Shown here in pieces: positions 25,801 through 37,369 of a stretch of 64,000 nt of DNA. Below the pieces are notes generated by a model. That model made no database searches and had not been told where the DNA came from. It saw nothing but the letters and a program-made list of their open reading frames with translations. This DNA is from Anthoceros angustus (taxonomy: Eukaryota; Plantae; Anthocerotophyta). The stretch's first letter is position 1. Each line of letters opens with the position of its first letter. A program made the translations under genes and the position numbers. The stretch is from assembly GCA_010909165.1 (NCBI GenBank), contig VJWM01000011.1, forward strand, positions 124,001 to 188,000. Direction: 5' to 3'.

Positions 25801-27100
25801 CTCCCTCGGCCCTCGTCATCGCTTCTTCGTCATCCGTAGCTACAGCCGCATCCTTGGCCTTCTCTATGAACTTTGGGAGCTCTTGGCCCCTCTCGGACAT
25901 CATGTGCCATTCGTTGCCCGCGCGCACTTGTTGACCTCCACCCGCCGTCCTCCACGCGATTGCCGGCCTCTCAATCCCTCTTTTCCTCGATTGTCTACCC
26001 GCGGGTGGCTTGAACCCTTCAGTGCCATGGGCCAAATCCCGTCCGTTGCATCCACCTCATCGTCATCTTCCACGTCTTCGTCGTCGGGGCCTGGATATGA
26101 TCCACCGGCCTCGGGCCATCGGCGATGCCATCGCCAAACCCCTCATTGTCTGGTCCCCACCCGCATCCTCATCTTCGTCTTCCGGCTAGAGAGGTTAGGG
26201 TGACATCATCGCCTGACCATGGGCTAGGAAAAACCCGGCTCGGAGTGTGGGGACTGCTTGGACTCAAGCACCGGACGTCCGTGGCTGCAACCCTCTTACC
26301 AGGCTTTCATTTTACTAGTTGTTGAAGCGTGTCCCATGAATTATATTTTGTGCCACCACCTTTTGTTGCGTTTCACTTGGCGCAGATCATGCATATCGAT
26401 GGCGGTTGCCAGCACGCCCGCAGGAGATGGATTTGATCCCATTAGACTAGGAGTTGCCATTTGATTTCCACGCAGATGCCATGCTAGGGGCCTTCTGCAG
26501 ATGCCCTTTCGATGTAAGCAATGCATCATCCGCACTAAACATTCTGGTGCAAAGCCTTGTGGAAGACACGATGTCCATCACCGTGTCGCAATGCCTCCAA
26601 AAGTTCTTGCCTTTTCCGCTCTGGTTGTACGCCACAATGTCAAAGTTCTTCACCGCACTTGTATACTCTAATCCATTGCGGGTCCCGAAGAGGCTCCTTG
26701 TGCTTGAGCGGATCGTGACGTACACCGCTCATCCTTCATGGTACCGTGAAAACAAGCGCTCCGCACATTTCTTTTGGCTGGTGTGGTTCATCCTCCATCG
26801 ACACATACAAGAAGAGCAAGTCTTGATTGGGTCGTTGTTGCCTCCAACTTCTCTTTGTAATGTCAAATGGCGAGATCATCTTGTACATCCGTGGATCAAG
26901 TCAATATCGGACCGCTTGTAAGGACTCGAAAGATGCCTTGGTGAGGATGCTCTTGTGGAAAGACCCGCATCGGTGGCGCATTTGAGTCCTTGGAGTCGGG
27001 TCCTGGAGTGCAGGCTCGCCTCGTTCAAGGCACACGTGAGTCTCCCTTAGTCGCGCCTTTTTTCTCCACCGGATCCTGCGATTTGTTGGAGTCATTCTTC
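22810..27100 (-). pseudogene. ParB/Srx-like + N4/N6 DNA methyltransferase (+ SET-like) fusion gene, copy A, frameshifted
   Basis: GVLPMIVIVDP...YKFYVLGGNHS...GLTNEEMRLVA.DHNT..D..FTFIEC (25370-25690); VDNR...VWKYVDEIFEKW (25160-25245); YALLLLDLP(R)G (24410-24440); KPLRLLKRLI...EGD..LDA.AGSG.....L..RNVIS (23910-24035). Intron GTAA...AG at 24831-24739. Confidence 0.75.
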
Positions 27101-28589
27101 CGCTTGAGCCCTTGAGGAGCCATTACATGCAACTATGAAAGAAGTGAGATCACGAAGTGTTTAGATTGTTAAAAGTCGATACACGCATGAGTAACTTCTC
27201 GAACACGGACGATGCATGTGCAAGCGGGAGTTGATTGATGCTCACAGGGCATGACTACTGCACCTCGAGAACAATGCAGCTGCGATGAGGAGGTCGGCAT
27301 GTCACTGCCCGCCGCCTGATGGACAAAGTGCGGGTGAGTGTGAGCGACCCGTTTTCTCCGGTCGTGGCAATCTCTTGCTTTTCCACACATAAGCTAGATG
27401 GAAATACATCTTCCCGCCAAAGCGAGAATGAATCTACCATCCATAGAAAGGGGAAGGTGGGGTGTGCCTTCATGAAGGAAGACACAGGCAAGGCTCGTAA
27501 TCAAGCAACTCCTTAAATGCTTTTGGCGCGTGTTTTGCCATTGTCCCGGCTAATGTGGCAAATGCAAATTGAGCATATTCTAAGGTATATGCTAGTTATG
27601 CCACAGCTAAAATAGTGTTCATGGCACCGATAAGTGATTCATCCACCGACTAGCATTGTACCACGCCGTTTCCTACCACGCAAAGTGGGCACCTCGACTT
27701 CATTGCCCATTTAGTGCGAAGGCTTATTTGCACGAAGCCCGGTGTATCGAGTCTTGCGCATCCACTTCTCATCCACCTTGCGCATCCCTCCTCCTCCCTG
27801 GGCGTCACGCGCCCCGTGTGAGAGCAATGCCAGCCGGCGCGGCGTGTTCGATTTGCAAATTTCGGGCGGTCGATGCATGTCATTCCGAACGGGTGGCCAT
27901 GAGTCGGCGACTCAATTGTTGATCTCAGGATGATGCCCGCACAACCCGTCGTAGTTTTAGAGGATGATTCACAGCTATGGCGGCGGCGTGCGGGCATAGT
28001 CCTTGAAGAGACCGGTGGCAGACTTCACAACGGTGGAAGCGATGACGATGTGCGTGTTCCGGATATGGAGGCGGAGGATATGGTTGCCGGCGATGGCGAC
28101 CTTTTCACGATCCGGATGCGATGCGAGGCGGAGAGGATCGCAAGGAGCTCGTGCGACGTTTAACCGGATGTCCGGTGCTCGGACGCGCGCGACGCAGGCC
28201 CGGCCTGTGCCACCACGAGGCTCGGCACCATCCATCCGGACTTCTTGATCACGGTGGCGGGCGCATCGCGAAGATGTACCTGTTGGCGCATTTGGCGGCG
28301 CGGATAACACCGGACGCCCGCGGCGACAAGGTCCCTCCGGCGGATCGTGGGCGGGTCCAGAATACTATCGAGAATGTGCTACACAGGCGGAACACCGGGC
28401 AAGACTACGATGTGGAGTGTTGCGAGTCTCGGACTTTGGTGAGAAGATCCACGGCATTGTTGATTTGGGGGCTAATGTGGTCCGTGGTCCCGGATCTTTG
28501 TTTGGTGATTGTGATGCCATCCGGTTGGAGTTGCACGAGATGATGCCTCGCGCACATCCGAAGCCAAAGGTGAGGATCTGCGTGCAACG

Positions 28590-31500
28590 AGCCGTTGCAG
28601 CGTAAAGTACCTCCCGAGCTAGAATGGATTTGGTCTTAGAAGCATTGTTCGGGCCAAGTTGTGCGCGATTTAAAGCGGCATTGTTGTGACAAAAATGTTT
28701 AGGCGTGTTGGCCATTCAAATTGAAGGTGATTCGTAGCATTCTTCCGCATGACAAAAGGCGAGAGCGGCATTTGCAAGACCATCTGGATCGATCGAAGGC
28801 GAAGAGGAGTTGTTGCCCATAGTATGGATAAACCGGATTCCACATGGGAAGAAAGCGGTGTGTGTGAGGGCTTTCATCGGGTTTTACGCATTGGGTCACT
28901 AAGATACAAGAATGCGCAAACCGGTAGTGAAAAATGTTAGATGGACCGTAGGCTACGGTCTCATAAAGCAACGCCATATGGATTACACATCATGTGGATG
29001 GGCGTTTTCTTCAAAGGTCGTGTGGAAAGATGCCGAATCGGGAAGTCTTCAACTTGCGGACTCATTACGAAGAGGAGATCTTCATTGAGTATGCGCGTGA
29101 GCAGATCACTGTGCTCCACGTTTATTCTGACTACTTTTGCAAGCTTTGGATGAAGTATTTCCGGGTTATTAAAATACCACAGTGCGGTTTTCGATCTGCA
29201 TTCGATGACCTAAAGAGGAAAATAAAAGGCGGTCGGATCACGTACAAGGTGAGATGGCGGTCCTTATTCCAGCGGTCACCGGATGTCCCGAACTTTGGCG
29301 CAACCCCATGGCCTCACACCCTTTTCTTGCGAATGAAGGCGGGGCTTGAAACAAACCGTGTGCACATTCTTGGCCCTTATTGTTGCGTGTGCGAGACAAG
29401 AATGTGGAGAGACTCACAGAGAACAACGAAGGAAGGGGCGAAAATGGCGCGGCAAGCCAGTGCCAGGCGGGCTAAGTTCATTGGTATTGCCATAGATGGT
29501 ATGGACCAAAAAAAGCGAGTTGCCCCATTACGCATTGCCAAAGGCGGTTGATTCCGAGCCCTTGTCGGGCTTCACGTTCTAGGTGTCTGGTGTTCAACTA
29601 CTTGGTGCGCAGTGTATTTGAGTTTCCGAATGTGAGAAATGATCCGAATGGGTGTAGCGTGATTGACGTTATCAATACACAGGAGGGGCCGCTCCCCTAT
29701 TCTATACTTGCGGATGGACAACATGCTCAAAACAAGAATCAGGAGAATTGGCATATCATCCATGCTTGTGGCGAAGGTATCTTCAAAAAATCAAGGTGGG
29801 GTTTCTTCTTGTTGGCCATACCCACGATCATTGACCAAATGTTTTCGAGGTTCGGTTGTGCTAGGGTTGAAGGATGCTTTACGTAGTGTAACCTTGCGTC
29901 CGAGGACAAGTGAGGACCACACCCTCAATGTCGTTGTAGTCTTGGGATTGGCTCCCAAGGGAATGATTTGTGCCAAGAGAGCGCTAACTTCTCGTTTGAC
30001 CTTCACCTATCTATTTCTCACTACCTCCCAATTTGTCCCACTACCACGGATCTTTCCACGACCTCAGGCTTATTCCACGACCTCCATTCGAGCTACTACC
30101 GGTGGCCTCTCACTCTGGGGTAGTTTTCGACTACGGGGTGGGTCCCACCAAACCCTAGCGACTCACCTAGGCGCCGCGCGCCACGAGCCACATCACACGC
30201 TACCGCTCCAGATCGAGTTTTATTGCACCCACTGACGCACACACACATCGATTCCTAGGACCGCGTTCCACGATCCCTCTCAATCGCTTCACACACACAC
30301 ACAGGGGCCGCCTTCACACAGTGGAAGGAATGATATTTCTCTTGTACTCACCTTCCAGCAATGTTTGGGATCCTCTGACTGCGCAATTTCCTTTGTTAGT
30401 CGCTTAGTTCTCCTCCCAACTTCACCACACTTTGCCCTTACACCTCGCGTCGCGTCTGATCACCCCTCTTCTTCTCCTCCTCGATTTGCTTCTTCCACTT
30501 CTCTCTCTCTCTCTCTCTCGCGCCTCGAGCTTTCATTCCACCACACCACTCTGAATTTGAACCACGGTGGAGGAAGGAGGTAAGAATCTCGGGCGTCCGC
30601 GGGCGTTACGAGCAAGCTCGGACCCGCGCGCCAATCCCTCGATTTCCCCTCCTCCCGTGAGGCGCTCACCCACCCCTCGCCCGTCTGGCAAGCTCGACCA
30701 CCCTAGGAGGCGTCGCACACCCTACCTCTCACAATCGGACGTCTCCAACCAGCCACAGGCCGGCGTGGGGATCTCAGCAAGTGCTCTGCCATGAGGCACA
30801 TGCCCCTCTTATACATCGGTGAGCGCCATGCCCGGATTTTAGGTCCCAAGATGGCTATCATGAAGGGCCACCCACAATTCGGGCGATCTTAGGTCCGGTC
30901 GGCATCCTAACCAAATCTATCCTTAGGATGCTATCACCTATCGCCTACGCTTCTGCGCGCCCTCCCTCGACTTGGCTTTGGCGCCTCCATCTTGCCGCCA
31001 CGAGCCCTCACCACGCCCGGTCAGCGGGTTTCCCACAATACTTCCACCTCACACCTGGCGTCCCTAATTTGAGGTACTACTTTGGAGCTTCCGTCTTAGC
31101 TTCGCCTATTCTTTGAGGATTATTACGGTTCCTCAAATCCCTGGCTGGACCTCCTCCTCCTTAACTCCTCAAAGTCGCCTCCGCTAATAGGGGCCAACCC
31201 CACACACTCGGTAGTGGTAGAAGTATGCACTTCAAGTCCTCACTTAGGTTGATCCTCCCGGTGAAGTTAAGCACGCGTTCCCCATTCACATATAGACCGG
31301 GGAACATAAGTTTCCTCATCCATGTCGCAACATAATAGGACCTCTGCTGTGAGGTGCTTACCCCCTCCTCGTGGCTACACACAGTTGCTTGGCCCATGTG
31401 TCGCGGTGCGGCGGCCGCATCCGCTCGCTCATGGCCGCTTGAGTTGGGCTTGCGCCAATGCGTGTGACTTCGCTACAGCGGTGGTGGACTCCACCGTATA

Positions 31501-34500
31501 CGTTGCAACCCGGTAGGTGTTTGACTACACATGATTCTTTGCTTCCTTCCTTGGTAGTTCCTTCCACTGAGTCGTTGCACCTCGCTTCCTTCCCTTATCC
31601 TTTTGGCTCGGCCACGTGCCTCATCCGCTCCGTTTATACCGTTCCGCGACAGGCCTTCTCCACGAGGCCGCCTCTTGCTGGGCTGTGACTCTCCACCATC
31701 TCTGGTTCGTCTCATGGGCATCCTTAATTTGAGCCATGGCGCTTCCTGCGACTTCGACATGGCACGTAACTTCTCGAGGCCACCAAATCCTCCACGAATC
31801 TTGGCCCTTTTTCCTCTAGGTCTCGCTTGTCTTCCTCCAGTTGCGCTTGGCCTCCCTTAAATCAAACTGGCCTTCACTACTTCCTCCGTCGCCCTTGCAT
31901 TGAGCCATGTGAGAGCCAAGGCAGCTTGATCTAACAAATCGCTTGGGCCGGATCAGCCGATGTGGTCGGCTCCGCCAAATCCACTGTTGTGGCGGCCCCG
32001 CGTGACGCCATCCCACCGAGCACTTTCCTTCCAAGTGCGCACCTCCTGGTGCATCCATACGGCCCGAGTCCCTTGAAAATCTCCTCCCATCTTTGAGGAG
32101 GGTCAGTCGACTAATTCCTCCGGGGTTGGTTCGCCATGCATCCAGTCGACTGCTTGGTCTTCCTCGACGCGCCTCTTCTTAGCCACCTCGGCCGATTGGC
32201 CTTTCTGTGGCGCATATCGACACAGTGGGGCGTCCACCTTCACCTTTTTATTTGGGGCGTTTACAGGTCTTCCTCTTCTTGGTGGAAATTTCCTCTCTTC
32301 CTCAGGCGCCCATGAGACTCTGTCAGATCCACCTCGATTTCCTCCTTGGGCTCCTCCGCCTTCCACTTCACCTCCCTAACGGCTTCCACATGTGAAGGGA
32401 GGCCACAATTTCTCTGGCGGGCGGTTAGCATGCGCATAAAGATGGACGAAATGGTGAAATTAGAGGTCGAGGGTGGAGAAATCAGGTTCATCCTCTCTTC
32501 CACAAAGAATCGCAATCGATTTTCGCCCCTTGACAACTTCATGGAGGAGCGGCCAGTGGTGGACAAATAATCACCTTCTTGTCTGAAACATAGGCCCGGG
32601 CCCATCAGCTGATGTTGCCAAGTCTCGTCGATAACCGTTGGGTTCGGATTCACGCGCCTTAACCGGGCGCTGCTCTTCTATGCTCCTTTTCGGGAAGGTT
32701 CCATCACCAAACCACCACCTCCTCCTTGCCATACACCCTTCTAACCAATTCCAGTCCCAATCACGGGCTTCGCTCTAATCCCGCGATTGCTTTTCGGATG
32801 GCGGGCGCACTATACCGATCCCGGGTTCACGTAATTCAGCTTCTCCATGAAGCCCGGCCCGACTCCTTCACCAACTCCCGCTCGGACTTTCCAATGATCC
32901 ATGTTTGGCCATTGGAGTAATTTGTTTGACCTGGCGCCATCCTTTACGGTGATCTTCGGCCTCGCGCCTCAAATCGTGGCACCTGCCAATTTCTGGCGAG
33001 GTGGTCTCCCGGTTCCTACCTCCTCCGCCGCGCGCGCCCATGCCTCCTCTAGCGTGCGAGTTGGGTGAGCTCCTTCTCTTCGTGGTTGTGCCTCGCCCTC
33101 TTCGATCGCGATGTCCCCGGTTTCCTCGACGTCGCGCTCCCGTCGTCGCTCGCGCCCGCTGCTCCGTCCGGTGGCGTTACGCTCCGGTTATGCGAGCGGA
33201 GGGGCTACTGGAGTTAACCCATGTTGGCTTCTCATTGCGCTCGCTCCACTCCCCAATCCACAACCCCACACTCGTTATCGCCCACTTGGTTGACTCCAAA
33301 CCTATAGACCATCACCCTACTTATACCAATCCCTACCTCACATATAGACCTTTTGTGGACATCCCAAGTCCATGGGCCAAGGAACATTGAGTTCCGGACC
33401 CTTTATTATCTAATCTAATAAAACAAAAAAATCAAGGCCAAGGGGTTTCTTTTATAAATACCTTTGCCTCATCAACGACTTATTTCACACCACTTGGCCA
33501 AAAACAAACTACTTCAAGCACATTTCTTGAGGGTTGAAGGATGCGTTTCATTGCTGAAAATGATAGGGTTCTTTGGGCCAGGCGTACACCCATCATGCAA
33601 TTCACATCTTGAAGGTGCGAGACTTCAAGACCCCAGAAGGGGATCGTGCGCAACGTGTAGCTTGCATAATCACGTTTCAACACGGTTCAAAATAACAAAG
33701 GGAGAAACTGCGATCGGGAGGGACGTGGCGGCTAAGATGCAAGGAGTTTTCAAGTTCGATCCTTTGGTCACGGAGGGTGGTGCGCTATTACGTTCGAGGG
33801 TGCCACCACGGGTGATTGTGGCGACTCCATTGTTGCCGTTGGTCCCATCCCACGCCCAAGGTAAAGGAAAGGGACATGCAAAGCGGAAGGATGCCCACGA
33901 TGTGTGTCGATGGCGATAGTCTCAAGGCGGTGGCGGTGGCGTGTAGTGGCGGAGTCCATGAAGTAAGCGGGCCTAGAGCGCAGGCGACATATGAATGTGG
34001 AGCAACTATCATGGTGGGATACGTTTGCGGATGAGCAGTATGAGAGACTTGCGGTGGCATTCCATTCCCGTTGGAGCAGAATGGTCTTGGTACACTCGAT
34101 GAAGAAAGCGAGGTACCACATGACCCTCCGGACTCAACTTTGGTTGATCACACTGGCGGATTTTGGACATGGTGGAGGTGTACATGTCAGTCACGGAGGG
34201 AGGGCAAGGCGAGGCTCGGAGGTTGTGTGAAGGAGATTGAGGAGGAATGAATGATGGTTCTTTGTCAAGCTGAGGATGATCGGAGGCGGACCATTACGGC
34301 TCAAAAGTGGTGGAGGTGGACCATGATCTTGGTCCCTTTCATGATAGTTCATTGGTGGCGACAGAGAACAATGATGCATTCGAGGAAGGTACATGGAGGA
34401 GTTTGTGATCTGGCGCCCACGGTCGTGGGAAAAAGTCGGCGATCAAAGAATGGAGGCGGGCGTCGGGAGAAGCATTTGCAAAGCCTCAACTTCGAGACAA

Positions 34501-34560
34501 ATGTGCTGGCCTATGATTTTGACAAGGAACAAGGCGTTGCAGAGGGGCGACAATGAAGGA
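28590..34560 (+). pseudogene. Sola1-like (DUF7869-type) DDD transposase, copy A, interrupted by an insertion at 29887-33522
   Basis: CCDKKC, VCVRAF, FCKLWMKYFRVIKIP, IAIDGMDQKK (~29485), ILYLRMDN (~29700), LVGHTHD-IDQMFSRF (~29810); resumes after 33523 with KDAFSL..AYT..VRDFK. Confidence 0.7.
29887..33522. mobile_element. Large LTR-like insertion (TG...CA) with internal antisense coiled-coil ORF remnants
   Basis: Both ends are homologous to 57501-59495 (ccctcaatgtcgttgtagtc..gggatt.gctcccaagggaatg; aggccaagg...tataaata...). It splits the transposase. Confidence 0.65.
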
Positions 34561-37369
34561 TAAAGACTAAAGTCTTTGAGTTGCGTTGAGCGGTGATGAG
34601 CCGGCGAGGCTTCCGCCGGTGACACGAATGTCATGCGAAGACATGATTGACTCGGAAGACCTCGACAATGTGGAATCGGATGAGTCCACGCGTGGTGGTG
34701 GACCCGGTGGATGATGCGGACTACGGAGAGGAGCGGATAGGCAACCTAATATTGTCAACTTTCCAGTTCCTTGCGGGCGTTATGTCCCCTCGGGCTTGAA
34801 TGCGATGGATTGTTTTCGTCTTTTCGTGGAAAGGTTTAACGACTTGCCATCGGCATCATCTTGTTGTAGGAAGTTGGCGGTGTGATAATGTCAAGACATG
34901 TAAGCGACTATGTGAAACGGATCCCGGCAATGTGGTGCTCTAATTTTTAACAATGTTACGGTGGTTTTGTCGATTGAGTAGCGGTGCGAGGTTTCAATGG
35001 TGATCATGCGGGTCATCTATGTTACGACCTTGCGGTGTGGCGTGTCCCAGGATGGTCACGATCACAGGATGTCCGTGCAAGTATGTATGCCGCAAAGCAA
35101 GTGCGCCAATGTTTTTCGTTCTAGTTAGAGGACCGCCCTAATGACTATAATTGGAGCAGGGCAGAGTCGATCTCGGTGGCGATTCGTGAGCAGGGGCACA
35201 GGCGTAAAATACACGAAGGCAGGGGCTCAAAAGCGTCTTCCTCCGGCTGCTTCCATGCCGGAGGTTGTCTTCCTCCTCCTTTGTGGTTTTGTATGCGCCC
35301 GCGCTCATCCCTCCTCTGGCGAGCCGTCCTCACGCCATGCTCCTCCACCCTCCTTCCGACCTCGTTGTTATGCAGGTTTTGCCACATTTGTTGGGTGTCG
35401 CCCCTCCTCCTTCGTCCATCCATCCAACCTTGCCTTGAACTAACCTTCATTTGTTTGCGGCCTTGGATGAGGACTCGCGGAGGTGGCTGAGTCACCACCT
35501 CGTATCACAAGGGAGGATGTGGAGGCAAAGCCTTGAGGCGGAGAAGGATGGAAGTTGCCCATCAGGACTTGTGTGGAGGCCATTTGGGTCTCCATTTGTG
35601 CGTGGGCGGGGAAAGCAGTATGGGATGGCCATCTCCTTCCATGCGGAGGGTGGCGGTGCATCGTAGATTTTCCGGATCTTTGCGGTAGGAAAAGCCAAGG
35701 GGAAGAGGACTATAGGATAGCGAAGGAGGGGTTCACTGGAGGCGAAACGAAGGGTGCAGCAACTCTGACACATCGCGAGGAAGGAGGGTGAAGGAAGAGC
35801 GAGGACTGTCCGGTCCCAGCAATTGTTTGGAGCTTCCGTGACCTTGCATTTGCCCGTGAGTCCATGCAAGCGACTTACGAATGAAGGTTCTTTGAGGAGG
35901 GGGAGGCCCTTGTCGCGAGGGAGGCGGGTGGAAGTGAAGGAGGAGGCGGTGAGCACTTACCTCTGTACCTTTTAAGCGAGTTGAGCATGGTTGTCGCATG
36001 CACTAAATTCATGTGGCGAGGCAGTGATGGGGACACCTTGCCCAGCAGCGGAGAACCTTTGTTGGAGATAGAGGCGTGAAGTGGGTTACCTAGTTTTTTT
36101 TGCAAGCGATCATGAGACTAGAAGCGGGGCGGGAGGGGAAGGGGGAGGGAGGGGTTGGAGGGGCGTAGTCGGCAATTAGAATCTCCATAGCTTTCTCGTT
36201 GGGGTCGAGTTGAGGGGCTGCAATCACATGATTTTGTGTATGCTCAAGTTTAGCGTCCGATGTGCAAGCCATAGTGCACTTGTGAAGTAGCGGAAGCAGG
36301 GGTTTGAGTTTGGGAATGATTCGGAATGTTTGTTAATCACTTGAGACGGTAGGTGGCTATGAAATGTCAATGTCACATGGCATGGGTTGGAGGCGGTTAT
36401 ATGTGAACTACACCATATCGGTTTCCAATACTTTATTGCGAAATGTATTCATCATGGCCTTATACTTTGTACCTTTTGGGGATGTATATTTAATATTATT
36501 CCATGTATTTTATGGATAACCCTAAGGCCCACAAACAAAGGAGCTCCGCTGAAGGATGTATCTCCTGAGCCTCAATTGTGTAACATCGACATTTTAATTT
36601 ATCCAGCGCTTGTGCAAAGGTAGCTTTGATCGTAAGTTGATCCCAAAAAGTGATACATCATTGAAATAAAGCCCTAAGGAGACCATGTTCTAGTCTCGCA
36701 CGCCTTTAAATTTATATGATCTCTACTTTTTCTCCCGACGCCTCTTTATTTAACCATGAGACATCGAGGTGTGGAAATATTAACACAAATTTCGTTTTGA
36801 TGAAGTGAATGGGCTTCAGTGTATCACTATGTGGTATTTCTAGCAATTGCTTCCCACAAACCCTTGGGTCAAAATCAACACATTTCCGAAGCCTACTTAT
36901 GCAAATTTATATTCTGTCTGCCTCCTAAAGTGGACGTGGTAACACTAGCCCTATGAGACCATGATCAAGAGTCCGCTACATTGGCCGGATCCGGCCCCCA
37001 TGATAATCTTGGAAGGGGTTAATATACAAACCCCCTTCACTTTGTGAAACCCTTCACAAAAAGACACGTTGGAAATGCAAAATCGTCGAGATCCTCGTTC
37101 AACGACACCATGCTAATGAAAGGGAAAAACATTGATGTTCACAATTCATAAAACACGAGGGCTTTTCTTGGCGCGGCTGGCGGCACGCCAGTATCCTTGC
37201 GGCTATGCTTTGACACAAGTAATGAAAGAAAATCCATATCACATTTTTAAAACCCCTCTTAGTCCCTCGAATATAGTCTTTCCTCTACAAAGATCCCTCG
37301 GTGATCGAGACTCATCTGCTTGGGTGGCTTGATCTAAAACAAGCTGCCAGTTGCGCATCGTCAATTCTA

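Larger units (their letters stand above)
22600..34600. mobile_element. MTase-carrying Sola-like DNA transposon, copy A (termini not defined)
   Basis: Divergent pair: minus-strand ParB-MTase(-SET) gene and plus-strand transposase, in the same layout as 37300-48900. Confidence 0.65.

Noticed and set aside
33520-34230. Second dioxygenase-like gene
   Set aside because: Better explained as the continuation of the copy A transposase after the insertion.
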